Shown: positions 56,020-64,000 of the stretch, piece by piece
Layout: the number at the start of each line of letters is the position of its first letter
Position numbering within the stretch: position 1 is the stretch's first letter
Source of the DNA: an uncultured Chloroflexia bacterium
GTDB lineage: Bacteria; Chloroflexota; Limnocylindria; Limnocylindrales; CSP1-4
Direction of reading: 5' to 3'
DNA length: 64,000 nucleotides
NCBI GenBank assembly: GCA_963748625.1
Contig: CAVVJT010000007.1
Location: 224,001-288,000 of the forward strand
The notes under the pieces: model-generated
Database searches by the model: none
What the model was told of the DNA's origin: nothing
Seen by the model: only the letters and a program-made list of their open reading frames with translations
Made by a program: the position numbers and the translations under genes

Positions 56020-57096
56020 CTACCCGCCCAGGGCGAACATCTCCACCTTCGGCAGCCGGTCAGTCGCCGCGCTGCGCAACTCGGAGTAGCGGTCCGTGCG
56101 GGTGGCCCAGACAGCGGTCACAAGCGCCGCCAGCTCGTCGTCGGTGGCACCCGCCCGCAGCGGGGCCTTGAGATCGGTCCCGCCGGTCGCGAACAGGCAC
56201 GTGTAGAGGCTGCCCTCCGCTGACAGCCGGGCCCGGGTGCAGTCTCCGCAGAACGGCTGCGACACGGACGCGATGACGCCAACCTCGCCGCGCCCATCAC
56301 GGTAGGCGAACCGGTCGGCAACCTCGCCGCGATAGGACGCGGCGACTGGCTCCAAGGGCATCTCCGCGTCGATCGCGGCCAGGATCTCGTCCATGGGCAC
56401 CACGTCATCGAGGCGCCAGCCGTTGGAGTGGCCCACGTCCATGTACTCGATGAAGCGCAGGGTCACGCCCTCCTCGCGGGCCCAGCGGGCCAGGGGCAGA
56501 ATCGCGTCCTCGTTGAGGTGCCGCCGGATCACCGTGTTGACCTTGACCGGCGCAAGGCCGGCAGACTGAGCCGCGGCGATGCCGTCGAGCACCCGTGCCA
56601 CCGGGAAGTCCACGCCGTTCATCCGTCCGGCCACCTCGTCGTCGAGCGAGTCGAGGCTCACCGTGATGCGCTGCAGACCCGCCTCCGCCAGCGGACCCGC
56701 CAGCTGGCGAAGCGCGGAGCCGTTCGTGGTCAGGGTCAGGTCCACCGGCTCCCCGTCGGTGGTCCGCAGGCCGGCCAGGGACCCGATCAGCACGGGCAGG
56801 TCGCGCCGGACGAGTGGCTCCCCGCCCGTGATCCGCAGCTTGCGCACCCCGAGGCCCGTGAAGACCCCCGCAAGTCGCGTGATCTCCTCGAACGTCAGCA
56901 CCGCCTCGCGCGGCAGGAAGGCGAAGTCCCGTCCGAAGAGCTCGGCCGGCATGCAGTACGGGCACCGGAAGTTGCACCGGTCGGTGACTGAGATCCGCAG
57001 GTCGCGAAGTGCCCGGCCATACCTGTCGGGCAGGCCGGGACGCCCATCGAACGCGGCGTCGGTGGCCTGGGCATCGGGGCGCGGCTGCAGGTGCAC
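56020..57096 (-). CDS. moaA: GTP 3',8-cyclase (molybdenum cofactor biosynthesis)
   Basis: LRISVTDRCNFRCPYC, ITGGEP, FCGDC.R...C motifs; C-terminal GG. Confidence 0.96.
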   Translation of the reverse strand: MHLQPRPDAQATDAAFDGRPGLPDRYGRALRDLRISVTDRCNFRCPYCMPAELFGRDFAFLPREAVLTFEEITRLAGVFTGLGVRKLRITGGEPLVRRDLPVLIGSLAGLRTTDGEPVDLTLTTNGSALRQLAGPLAEAGLQRITVSLDSLDDEVAGRMNGVDFPVARVLDGIAAAQSAGLAPVKVNTVIRRHLNEDAILPLARWAREEGVTLRFIEYMDVGHSNGWRLDDVVPMDEILAAIDAEMPLEPVAASYRGEVADRFAYRDGRGEVGVIASVSQPFCGDCTRARLSAEGSLYTCLFATGGTDLKAPLRAGATDDELAALVTAVWATRTDRYSELRSAATDRLPKVEMFALGG

Positions 57097-57316
57097 ACGA
57101 CCATGGTAGCCGGACGCCGCCAGGGGCAATGCAGCAGGGTTGGCGCATTCCACGAAGACCCTGCCAGGAGCGCCTTACGGCCCGTGGCCGGTGCGCCGGT
57201 ACCACAGTCACCGCGAACCAGTACCTCTAGCGACTGCTCCGCAGCCCACTCGTCCGCCTATGGTGCGTCTACGCCACGGCCCACCGTGAATCCGCCGAAG
57301 GAAGAGTGCCCAGACC

Positions 57317-59110
57317 ATGTCCTCCACCGAGACTCGATCCGGCTTCCGACTCCCCTGGACCTCCGACCGCGCGCACGACGGCCAGCCTGGCGGTGACCCG
57401 ACGGAGCTCGCGGCGGGACCCGCGCCGGATATGGCCCCGGGTGAGGCTGTCTGGCCTGACATCGACGTCAACGCACGCCTTGACATGCAGACCACCCAGC
57501 CCCGCCCGCATGCGCCCCTGCCCGAGGAGCAGCCGCGGGCCGCTGCAGACCAGCCACCCGAGGATCCCGCGCTCCAGGAGCCCGCTATGCCTGCCATCGC
57601 CCCCGTCCCCCCGGCTCCGGTCGCGCCGAGGAGGCCGTCGAAGCTCATGGCAGACCTCTCCGCCGCCATCCGGGCGACGGCGGACGCAGCCCGCATCGAG
57701 GTGCTGGCCGACAACGATGCCGACGTTGCTGCCGTGGTCGCCGAGATCCGCGCCACGTCCAAGGAGGGCGAGATCGTCCTCAAGCACCGGGCAGACGAGG
57801 ATGTCGCGGAGATCCGCGACTGGTCCAAGGCGGAGATCGCGCGCATCAAGGAGGAGACCGAGGCCCGCATCGAGGCTCGCAAGGCGCAGCTCGGCGACGA
57901 GATCGCCGCCCATGCCGCCGCGATCGAGACCCGTGTGGGCGCCGTCGAGAGCCTGGCCGCCTCCTACCGCAACGAGATGGAGGCCTACGCGGAGCGCCTC
58001 GCGCAGGAGGACGACCCTTCCCGCCTGGCCACGATGGCCGAGTCCATGCCTGACGCACCCGAGCTCGCAGGGATCGTCGCCGCCGACCTGGCCGACCTGC
58101 CGCAGCTGCCGGTCAAGGCCGAAGCCGGCACCGTCGACGTGGAGGCCAGCGCCGGGGAAGCCGACGTCGAAGCCGACGTCGAAGCCGCGGGCGAGGCCGA
58201 CGTCGAAGCCGTCGTCGAAGCCGCGGGCGAGGCCGACGTCGAAGCCGACGTCGAAGCCGCGGGCGAGGCCGACGTCGAGGTCGAAGTGGGAGAGGCACCT
58301 GCCCTCGAGGCTGTCGAATCCGACGTCGAGGCTGACGACGAAGCCGACGTCGTCGCGGCAGTGGCCGCAGCGGCTGAGGCCGTCGACCTCGACACCCCCA
58401 CCCACACCGGGGCCCCGTTCGGCTCCCCCACGCCCTGGGCCGTCGGCGACGAGTACCAGCCGCGCGCGGATCACGGCGCGCGGGGCTCTGACGTCCCGCG
58501 CTGGGCCGCCGGCGAGACCGTGAACGACGTTCCGCAGCCTGTCGACGGCAGCGATCCCGTGGATCGTGGCGCGATCATGGCCGCCCTCGAGGCAGCCGCC
58601 GCCGCGGTCGTTGCTGCCGAGTCTGCAGCTGATTCCGCTGACCAGGCCGAGGCCGCAGCCGACGTCGCCGAGACCGCCGCCGAGCTGGTGGTTGGACGCA
58701 CAGGGAGCGGGGACGACCTCGACCCCGAGGCGCAGGCTGCCCTCTCCGCCCGTGTCGACGCAGGTGGCTTCGACACAGAGTCCTTCACCGACCGCCTCGC
58801 CTCGCTCATGCCCGGTCACGATCCGGCCGTGGACGACGGGTCCGTGCACACCACCCAGGTGATCGTGTCCGGCCTCGTCTCGGTCGCCAGCATCGCCAGC
58901 TTCAAGCGCCATCTCGGGCGCATCGCCGGCGTCGACGGTGTCGCGGTGGCGAGCGGACCCGGGGGCGAGTTCGTCTTCAACGTGACGCATCGGGCCGACG
59001 TCTCCTTCCGGGATGCCCTGCCCACGCTGCCGGGCTTCGCGGCCCGCGTGACCAGCACCGGCGATGGCATCGTCACCGTGATGGCGCGCGATCCGGAAGC
59101 GGAGGGCTGA
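57317..59110 (+). CDS. Acidic Ala/Glu-rich coiled-coil protein with a small folded C-terminal domain
   Basis: N-terminal GFRLPW, central heptad-like helix, acidic repeats, C-terminal beta-alpha domain. Confidence 0.8.
   Translation: MSSTETRSGFRLPWTSDRAHDGQPGGDPTELAAGPAPDMAPGEAVWPDIDVNARLDMQTTQPRPHAPLPEEQPRAAADQPPEDPALQEPAMPAIAPVPPAPVAPRRPSKLMADLSAAIRATADAARIEVLADNDADVAAVVAEIRATSKEGEIVLKHRADEDVAEIRDWSKAEIARIKEETEARIEARKAQLGDEIAAHAAAIETRVGAVESLAASYRNEMEAYAERLAQEDDPSRLATMAESMPDAPELAGIVAADLADLPQLPVKAEAGTVDVEASAGEADVEADVEAAGEADVEAVVEAAGEADVEADVEAAGEADVEVEVGEAPALEAVESDVEADDEADVVAAVAAAAEAVDLDTPTHTGAPFGSPTPWAVGDEYQPRADHGARGSDVPRWAAGETVNDVPQPVDGSDPVDRGAIMAALEAAAAAVVAAESAADSADQAEAAADVAETAAELVVGRTGSGDDLDPEAQAALSARVDAGGFDTESFTDRLASLMPGHDPAVDDGSVHTTQVIVSGLVSVASIASFKRHLGRIAGVDGVAVASGPGGEFVFNVTHRADVSFRDALPTLPGFAARVTSTGDGIVTVMARDPEAEG
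58145..58288 (+). repeat. 36-bp coding tandem repeat (EAAGEADVEADV, about 4 copies)
   Basis: GAAGCCGCGGGCGAGGCCGACGTCGAAGCCGACGTC units at 58181, 58217 and 58253. Confidence 0.85.
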
Positions 59111-59115
59111 GTTCC

Positions 59116-60345
59116 ATGGCCACGTCCAAGTCCGGGCCGTCCGTCGCGATCCTGCTGCCCGCCTACGAGGTGGGGCCGGTCGCGACCGAGCTTGCGCATG
59201 GTGGCTTCGATCCGGTGCCGTTCGAGGATGTCCGCGATCTTGCCGCGCTCATCGCTGCCCGCCAGAACGTGGTGGCCGCGGTCCTCGACGCCGACACCGA
59301 CCCCGAGGGCGCCTCGGCAGCCTGGGACCTGCTGCACCGAGACGGGCGCGCGATCCCCTCCCTCATGGTCATCGACCCGGCCACACTCGACCAGTTCGAC
59401 ATGTCGGCGAGCGGGCATGACACCGACGAGTACCTCACGCGGCCGTACTCGGCAGAGTCGATCCGGTGGCGCGTCGAGGCCATGTGCATCCGCTCGGTCG
59501 CCGTCGACGACGGGTCGGGGCCGGTCCTCCAGTCATCCATCGACTCGGGCGACTGGGGCCGCCGCGGTGAGCTCATCGCCGTGTTCAATCCGAAGGGCGG
59601 CGTCGGCAAGACGCTGGTCGCGACGAGCCTCGCTGCCGCGCTGACGGCAGCCGGGAAGCGGGTGCTGCTCATCGATGCCGACACGGTGACCGGCCACGTG
59701 CCCATCTCGCTGGGCATGGACGGTGCACCCACCGTCGTCGACGCCTGGCGCGACGAGCTTGACGGCGGGCCGTCCCTGACCTTCACCGAGATGGCCTCGG
59801 CGCACACGTCCGGACTGCGGATCCTGCCGCTCTCGGACAGCCCGATCCACACCGAGATCCTGGACCCGGACCGCATCTCCTCCGCCATCGCCAGCGCGCG
59901 GCGCAACTTCGACTACGTGATCGCGGACCTGCACCCCTCGTACAGCCCGCTGAACCGCTCGGTCTTCGACAAGGCCGACCGGATCCTGGTCCCGGTGACG
60001 CCGGACCTGCCGGCGATCCGGGCCGTCATGAAGCTGCGCGAGGTGGCGGACGAGCTGGGCATGCGCGACCGCCTCGCGCTCATCGTCAACCGCTTCAACC
60101 ATGGCGTTCCGGTAACCGACATCGAGCATGCCGTGGGGCTCCCCTGCTACGCACAGGTCCGCTCGGCGGGGCCGGTCATCGTCAAGGCCACCAACCAGGG
60201 CCACACCCTCGTTGAGATCGCCCCCAAGGATGCGATCACCGCGGACTTCGCCATCCTCGCCGACCGGATCATGGGACGCGAGGTCGCGAGCGCCGCGAAA
60301 CCCGCCTTCCGGCTCTTCGGCCGGACCGCGGGGGTCAGGGCCTGA
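59116..60345 (+). CDS. CpaE/TadZ-MinD-like ATPase with an N-terminal receiver-like domain
   Basis: Deviant Walker A NPKGGVGKT; LIDAD, DEYLTRP and IVNR motifs. Confidence 0.85.
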   Translation: MATSKSGPSVAILLPAYEVGPVATELAHGGFDPVPFEDVRDLAALIAARQNVVAAVLDADTDPEGASAAWDLLHRDGRAIPSLMVIDPATLDQFDMSASGHDTDEYLTRPYSAESIRWRVEAMCIRSVAVDDGSGPVLQSSIDSGDWGRRGELIAVFNPKGGVGKTLVATSLAAALTAAGKRVLLIDADTVTGHVPISLGMDGAPTVVDAWRDELDGGPSLTFTEMASAHTSGLRILPLSDSPIHTEILDPDRISSAIASARRNFDYVIADLHPSYSPLNRSVFDKADRILVPVTPDLPAIRAVMKLREVADELGMRDRLALIVNRFNHGVPVTDIEHAVGLPCYAQVRSAGPVIVKATNQGHTLVEIAPKDAITADFAILADRIMGREVASAAKPAFRLFGRTAGVRA

Positions 60346-60346
60346 C

Positions 60347-61042
60347 CTAGTCGGGTCGCTCCGCCCCGGGGAGCGCCGGGGCTACGACACCCGTGCGCTT
60401 GTCCACCTGCACCACGCCGCGCAGGTAGAACCGGTTCACGAGGATCACGTCCACCTCGGGCTCGCTCACCACGTCCTCGCCGAGGGTGGCCCGTGCGTCG
60501 GTGACGGGCAGGAACATCTCCGTGGACCGGGCGAGCAGGCCCTCCGGCTCCGAGCCTGGGTGCATGAAGACGGTGCCCACCACGCGGAAGGGCGGCACCT
60601 CGAGGGCCACGTCGTACGGCACCTTGTGCACCTTGAGCGCCGCACGCTCGGTCTCGGACAGCGGCGGCAGGCTGTCCTCGCCGGCGGTCACCAGGATCAG
60701 GTCGTACGGGTCCACGCTCTGGAGGCCGGGGGCGGGATCGAGCTTGTCCGCCGCGGGGGCACCCCAGGAGACATCGCCGATCGCGATCGCCTCACGGCGG
60801 TTGAGCGCATCGGACAGGCGCCCGGAGATCTCCATGCGGCCACGCAGGCGCCAGTCCTCGGTCAGTGCCGTGAACGGGACCCCACGTGCCGCACCGGCGT
60901 GGAGGTGGCTGGAATCCACGCGGCCGGCCCCGGAGCGCGCGCCACCACCGCGCGTGGTGCCCTGGCCGGGACCTGCGCCGGTTCCCTGCGGACCTGGCTG
61001 GTCCTGCGCAGGCTGCTTGCGCTTGAGGAAGCCGAACGGCAC
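60347..61042 (-). CDS. Hypothetical protein with two similar small beta domains
   Basis: GGAGGA RBS before GTG; GRLSDALN and FLPVTDA..ILVNR segments. Confidence 0.72.
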   Translation of the reverse strand: MPFGFLKRKQPAQDQPGPQGTGAGPGQGTTRGGGARSGAGRVDSSHLHAGAARGVPFTALTEDWRLRGRMEISGRLSDALNRREAIAIGDVSWGAPAADKLDPAPGLQSVDPYDLILVTAGEDSLPPLSETERAALKVHKVPYDVALEVPPFRVVGTVFMHPGSEPEGLLARSTEMFLPVTDARATLGEDVVSEPEVDVILVNRFYLRGVVQVDKRTGVVAPALPGAERPD

Positions 61043-61046
61043 GCGA

Positions 61047-63014
61047 TCAATCCTCCGCTCTGCCGGTGTTGCCCTTGATGGTATCCACAACGGTGGCGTC
61101 AGCCAGCGTCGTCACGTCACCGAGCGATCGGCCCTCGGCGATGTCGCGCAGCAGGCGGCGCATGATCTTGCCTGAGCGGGTCTTGGGCAGGTCGGGCACG
61201 AACAGGAGGAACTTGGGCCGCGCGATTGGCCCGATCACGTAGGCAACGTGCTCCCGGAGCTGGGTGGCCAGCTCGTCGGACGGCGCCTGGCCGGACTTGA
61301 GGATCACGAACGCGAAGATCGCCTGGCCGGTGATGGCGTCGCTCTTGCCCACCACCGCCGCCTCTGCGACGGACTGGTGGTCCACCAGGGCGGACTCCAC
61401 CTCCGTGGTGGAGATCCGGTGGCCGGCGATGTTCATCACGTCGTCCACGCGGCCCAGCAGCCAGAGGTAGCCCTCGTCGTCCTTCTTGGCGCCGTCGCCT
61501 GCGAAGTACATGCCCGGGAACCGGCTCCAGTAGGTCTGCATGTACCGTTCCGGATCACCGTAGATGCCGCGGAGCATGCCGGGCCACGGCCGCTTGAGGA
61601 CAAGAAAGCCGCCGGAGCCCAGCGGAACGGACTCGCCCTGCGCATCGACGACGTCGGCCTCGACGCCCGGCAGCGGGAAGGTCGCGGAGCCCGGCTTGGT
61701 GGTGGTGACGCCCGGCAGCGGGCTGATCATGATCTGGCCGGTCTCGGTCTGCCACCAGGTGTCCACCACCGGGGTGGTGCCGCCCCCGATGACGTCCTTG
61801 TACCAGCGCCAGGCCTCGGGGTTGATCGGCTCGCCCACAGAACCCAGCACCCGCAGGCTGGACAGGTCGTGTGCCGCCGGGATCTCCTCGCCCTGCTTCA
61901 TGAACGCGCGGATGGCCGTGGGGGCGCAGTAGAGGATCGAGACCTTGAGGTCCTCGATGATCTGCCACCAGCGATGCCAGTCCGGCGCGTCGGGGGCACC
62001 CTCGTACAGCACGCCGGTGGTCGCGTTGGCCAATGGCCCGTAGACGATGTAGCTGTGCCCGGTGACCCAGCCGATGTCGGCCGCACACCAGTAGACGTCG
62101 TCAGGCTTGATGTCGAACACGGCCCAGTGCGTGAACGCGGCGCCCAGCAGGTAGCCCGCGCTCGTGTGCAGGATCCCCTTGGGCTTCGCGGTGGTCCCCG
62201 ACGTGTAGAGCAGATACAGCATCTGCTCGCTGTCCACCGGCACGGGCGGGCAGACGTCCGACTGGCGGCCCACGATGTCGTGCCACCAGTGGTCGCGACC
62301 CTCGACCATGTGGGCGCCATCACCGAAGCGGTCCACCACGAGCATCGCGGTCACCGTGGGCGTGTTGACCACGGCCTCGTCGGCATGATGCTTGAGGCCC
62401 ACCTTCCTGCCGCGCCGCCAGCCACCGTCCGCGGTGATGACCACCTTGGCGCCGCAGTCGTTGATGCGGTCGCTCAACGCCTCGGCCGAGAATCCGCCGA
62501 AGACCACCGTGTGCGCGGCGCCGATCCGGGCGCAGGCAAGCATCGCGATCGGAAGCTCCGGGATCATCGGCATGTAGATCGCGACCCGGTCGCCCTTGCC
62601 AACACCCAGCTCCCGGAGGGCGTTGGCGGCCTTGGAGGTCTCGCGCTGCAGGTCCGCGTAGGTGAGCGTCCGGGTGTCGCCGGGCTCGCCGATCCAGTGA
62701 TACGCGACCTTGTCGCCGAGGCCCCGCTCCACGTGCCGGTCCACGCAGTTGTAGGTGACGTTCAGCTCGCCGCCCTTGAACCATTCTGCGTTGGGCAGGT
62801 TCCACTCGAGGGTCTGGTCGAACGGCGTGTACCAGGAGAGCCGTTCCCGGGCGAGCCGTCCCCAGAAGCCGACCGGGTCGGCGCCGGCCTCGTCATACAG
62901 CGCCGCCGTGGCGTTCGCCTGGGCGGTGAAGGCCGCGTCCGGCGCGAACTTCCGGGTCTCGGCGAGGAGGTTCTCGATCGCAGGCCCGCCCTGGGCCTCG
63001 GGGTCGACGGACAC
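61047..63014 (-). CDS. acs: Acetyl-CoA synthetase
   Basis: [36 protein letters not shown] and [11 protein letters not shown] motifs. Confidence 0.97.
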   Translation of the reverse strand: MSVDPEAQGGPAIENLLAETRKFAPDAAFTAQANATAALYDEAGADPVGFWGRLARERLSWYTPFDQTLEWNLPNAEWFKGGELNVTYNCVDRHVERGLGDKVAYHWIGEPGDTRTLTYADLQRETSKAANALRELGVGKGDRVAIYMPMIPELPIAMLACARIGAAHTVVFGGFSAEALSDRINDCGAKVVITADGGWRRGRKVGLKHHADEAVVNTPTVTAMLVVDRFGDGAHMVEGRDHWWHDIVGRQSDVCPPVPVDSEQMLYLLYTSGTTAKPKGILHTSAGYLLGAAFTHWAVFDIKPDDVYWCAADIGWVTGHSYIVYGPLANATTGVLYEGAPDAPDWHRWWQIIEDLKVSILYCAPTAIRAFMKQGEEIPAAHDLSSLRVLGSVGEPINPEAWRWYKDVIGGGTTPVVDTWWQTETGQIMISPLPGVTTTKPGSATFPLPGVEADVVDAQGESVPLGSGGFLVLKRPWPGMLRGIYGDPERYMQTYWSRFPGMYFAGDGAKKDDEGYLWLLGRVDDVMNIAGHRISTTEVESALVDHQSVAEAAVVGKSDAITGQAIFAFVILKSGQAPSDELATQLREHVAYVIGPIARPKFLLFVPDLPKTRSGKIMRRLLRDIAEGRSLGDVTTLADATVVDTIKGNTGRAED

Positions 63015-63062
63015 GGAATCCTCCAGTGGCGCTCGTGGGTCGCGCAATGATAGTCGGGCAGT

Positions 63063-63100
63063 GGGTGGCGGCGGGCGGGTGGCGGCGGGCGGGTGGCGGG
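63063..63100 (+). repeat. 14-bp G-rich tandem repeat upstream of acs
   Basis: GGGTGGCGGCGGGC x2 plus a partial copy. Confidence 0.75.
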
Positions 63101-63104
63101 CCCC

Positions 63105-63722
63105 CTACCTCGCAGCGGCCGAGGTGTCCACGATCCACATCGAGGACAGCGGCCAGTACCGGACCAGGGCCCGGCCCACGATCGATGCGACCGGAACTGG
63201 TCCGAAGTCCCGCCCGTCCGAGGATGCCACCCGGTGGTCGCCCATCACCAGGACATGCCCTTCGGGGACGACCCACGAGCCGACATCCATCGTGACCTCC
63301 GTGGGCTCGGCGGTCCCGGTCTCGGGGTCCACGTGGAGATACGGCTCATCGAGTGCGGATCCGTTCACCCAGACCTGCCCGTCGCGGATCTCCACGGTGT
63401 CGCCGGCCACCCCCACGATCCTCTTGATGAAGGGCTCGCCGCGCTCGTCGAAGTCGGCCGGCGGGTGCAGGACGACCACCTGGCCGCGCGCGTACGGGGC
63501 CCAGAGGTGCGAGATCCGGTCCACGAGGACGTACTGGCCCGGCTCGAAGGTGGACTCCATCGATCCGCCGACGACGCGGAAGGGCTGCGCGATGAACACC
63601 TGGATCACGAAGAAGATGACAGCCGTGAGCAGGAGGGTCTGGGCGATCTCGACCATGATCCGCAAGGTCGGGCGCCGCCCGCCTTCCCTGGCCTCGGGAT
63701 CGACGGCCTCGGGTGCCGTCAC
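63105..63722 (-). CDS. lepB: Signal peptidase I
   Basis: GGSMEST, FIKRIVG, MGDHR..SSDGR.FG motifs. Confidence 0.93.
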   Translation of the reverse strand: MTAPEAVDPEAREGGRRPTLRIMVEIAQTLLLTAVIFFVIQVFIAQPFRVVGGSMESTFEPGQYVLVDRISHLWAPYARGQVVVLHPPADFDERGEPFIKRIVGVAGDTVEIRDGQVWVNGSALDEPYLHVDPETGTAEPTEVTMDVGSWVVPEGHVLVMGDHRVASSDGRDFGPVPVASIVGRALVRYWPLSSMWIVDTSAAAR

Positions 63723-64000
63723 TCCGTGCCTGCCGACAGCTCGTCGTCGGACGGGCCGCCCGGCGTGAATGGATCGGGCGAGGGATCCCTGGCCAGCACC
63801 ACCCGCTGGGGTCGCGGGATCTCGATCCCGTGCGTGGTGAACGCCGCCAGCAGGCGCTTGCGCAGCTCGCCGCCCGCGGCCCACTGCTCGGTGGCACGGA
63901 CCAGCGCGAGCACCTTGAGCGTGATGCCGTACTCGCCCAGTGCCTCCACGCGCTCCACGTGCGGCGCCTCCATGATGCGCCGGCGCCAGGCCGGGTCGGC
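63719..64000 (-). CDS. mscS: Small-conductance mechanosensitive channel, C-terminal part (partial)
   Basis: EQWAAGGELRKRLLAAF..GIEIP; runs off the window end. Confidence 0.75.
   Translation of the reverse strand, partial: ADPAWRRRIMEAPHVERVEALGEYGITLKVLALVRATEQWAAGGELRKRLLAAFTTHGIEIPRPQRVVLARDPSPDPFTPGGPSDDELSAGTE

Overview
A GC-rich (about 70% by eye) bacterial chromosomal segment. The gene style is compatible with Chloroflexota such as Limnocylindria, but this is inference only. It has two parts. (1) About 1-52.9 kb is a dense catabolic island of about 50 genes for an unidentified sugar, sugar acid or amino-sugar-like substrate. It holds two sugar ABC transporters, five SDRs, two Gfo/Idh/MocA dehydrogenases, an ApnL-like lactonase, three enolase-superfamily enzymes, two fucose-isomerase-like proteins, a double RhaM mutarotase, a 2-oxoacid dehydrogenase with a split E2, CoA-transferase/MaoC/CitE genes, two URO-D-family proteins and a pair of uncharacterised Cys/His-motif paralogs. 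Two operator families read directly from the sequence tie it together: ten LacI-type 16-bp palindromes (CTGGAAACGTTTCCAG-like) and six 7-3-7 inverted repeats (TGYYNGA-N3-YCCTACA) with no obvious second regulator in the window. (2) About 53-64 kb is housekeeping DNA: thyX, punA, moaA, a CpaE-like ATPase, acs, lepB and mscS. Between punA and moaA lies an unannotated, highly structured RNA candidate of about 290 nt on the minus strand, with its own promoter and upstream DnaA-box-like sites. No mobile element, CRISPR array, tRNA or rRNA was seen. Several single-base frameshifts look like sequencing or assembly errors.
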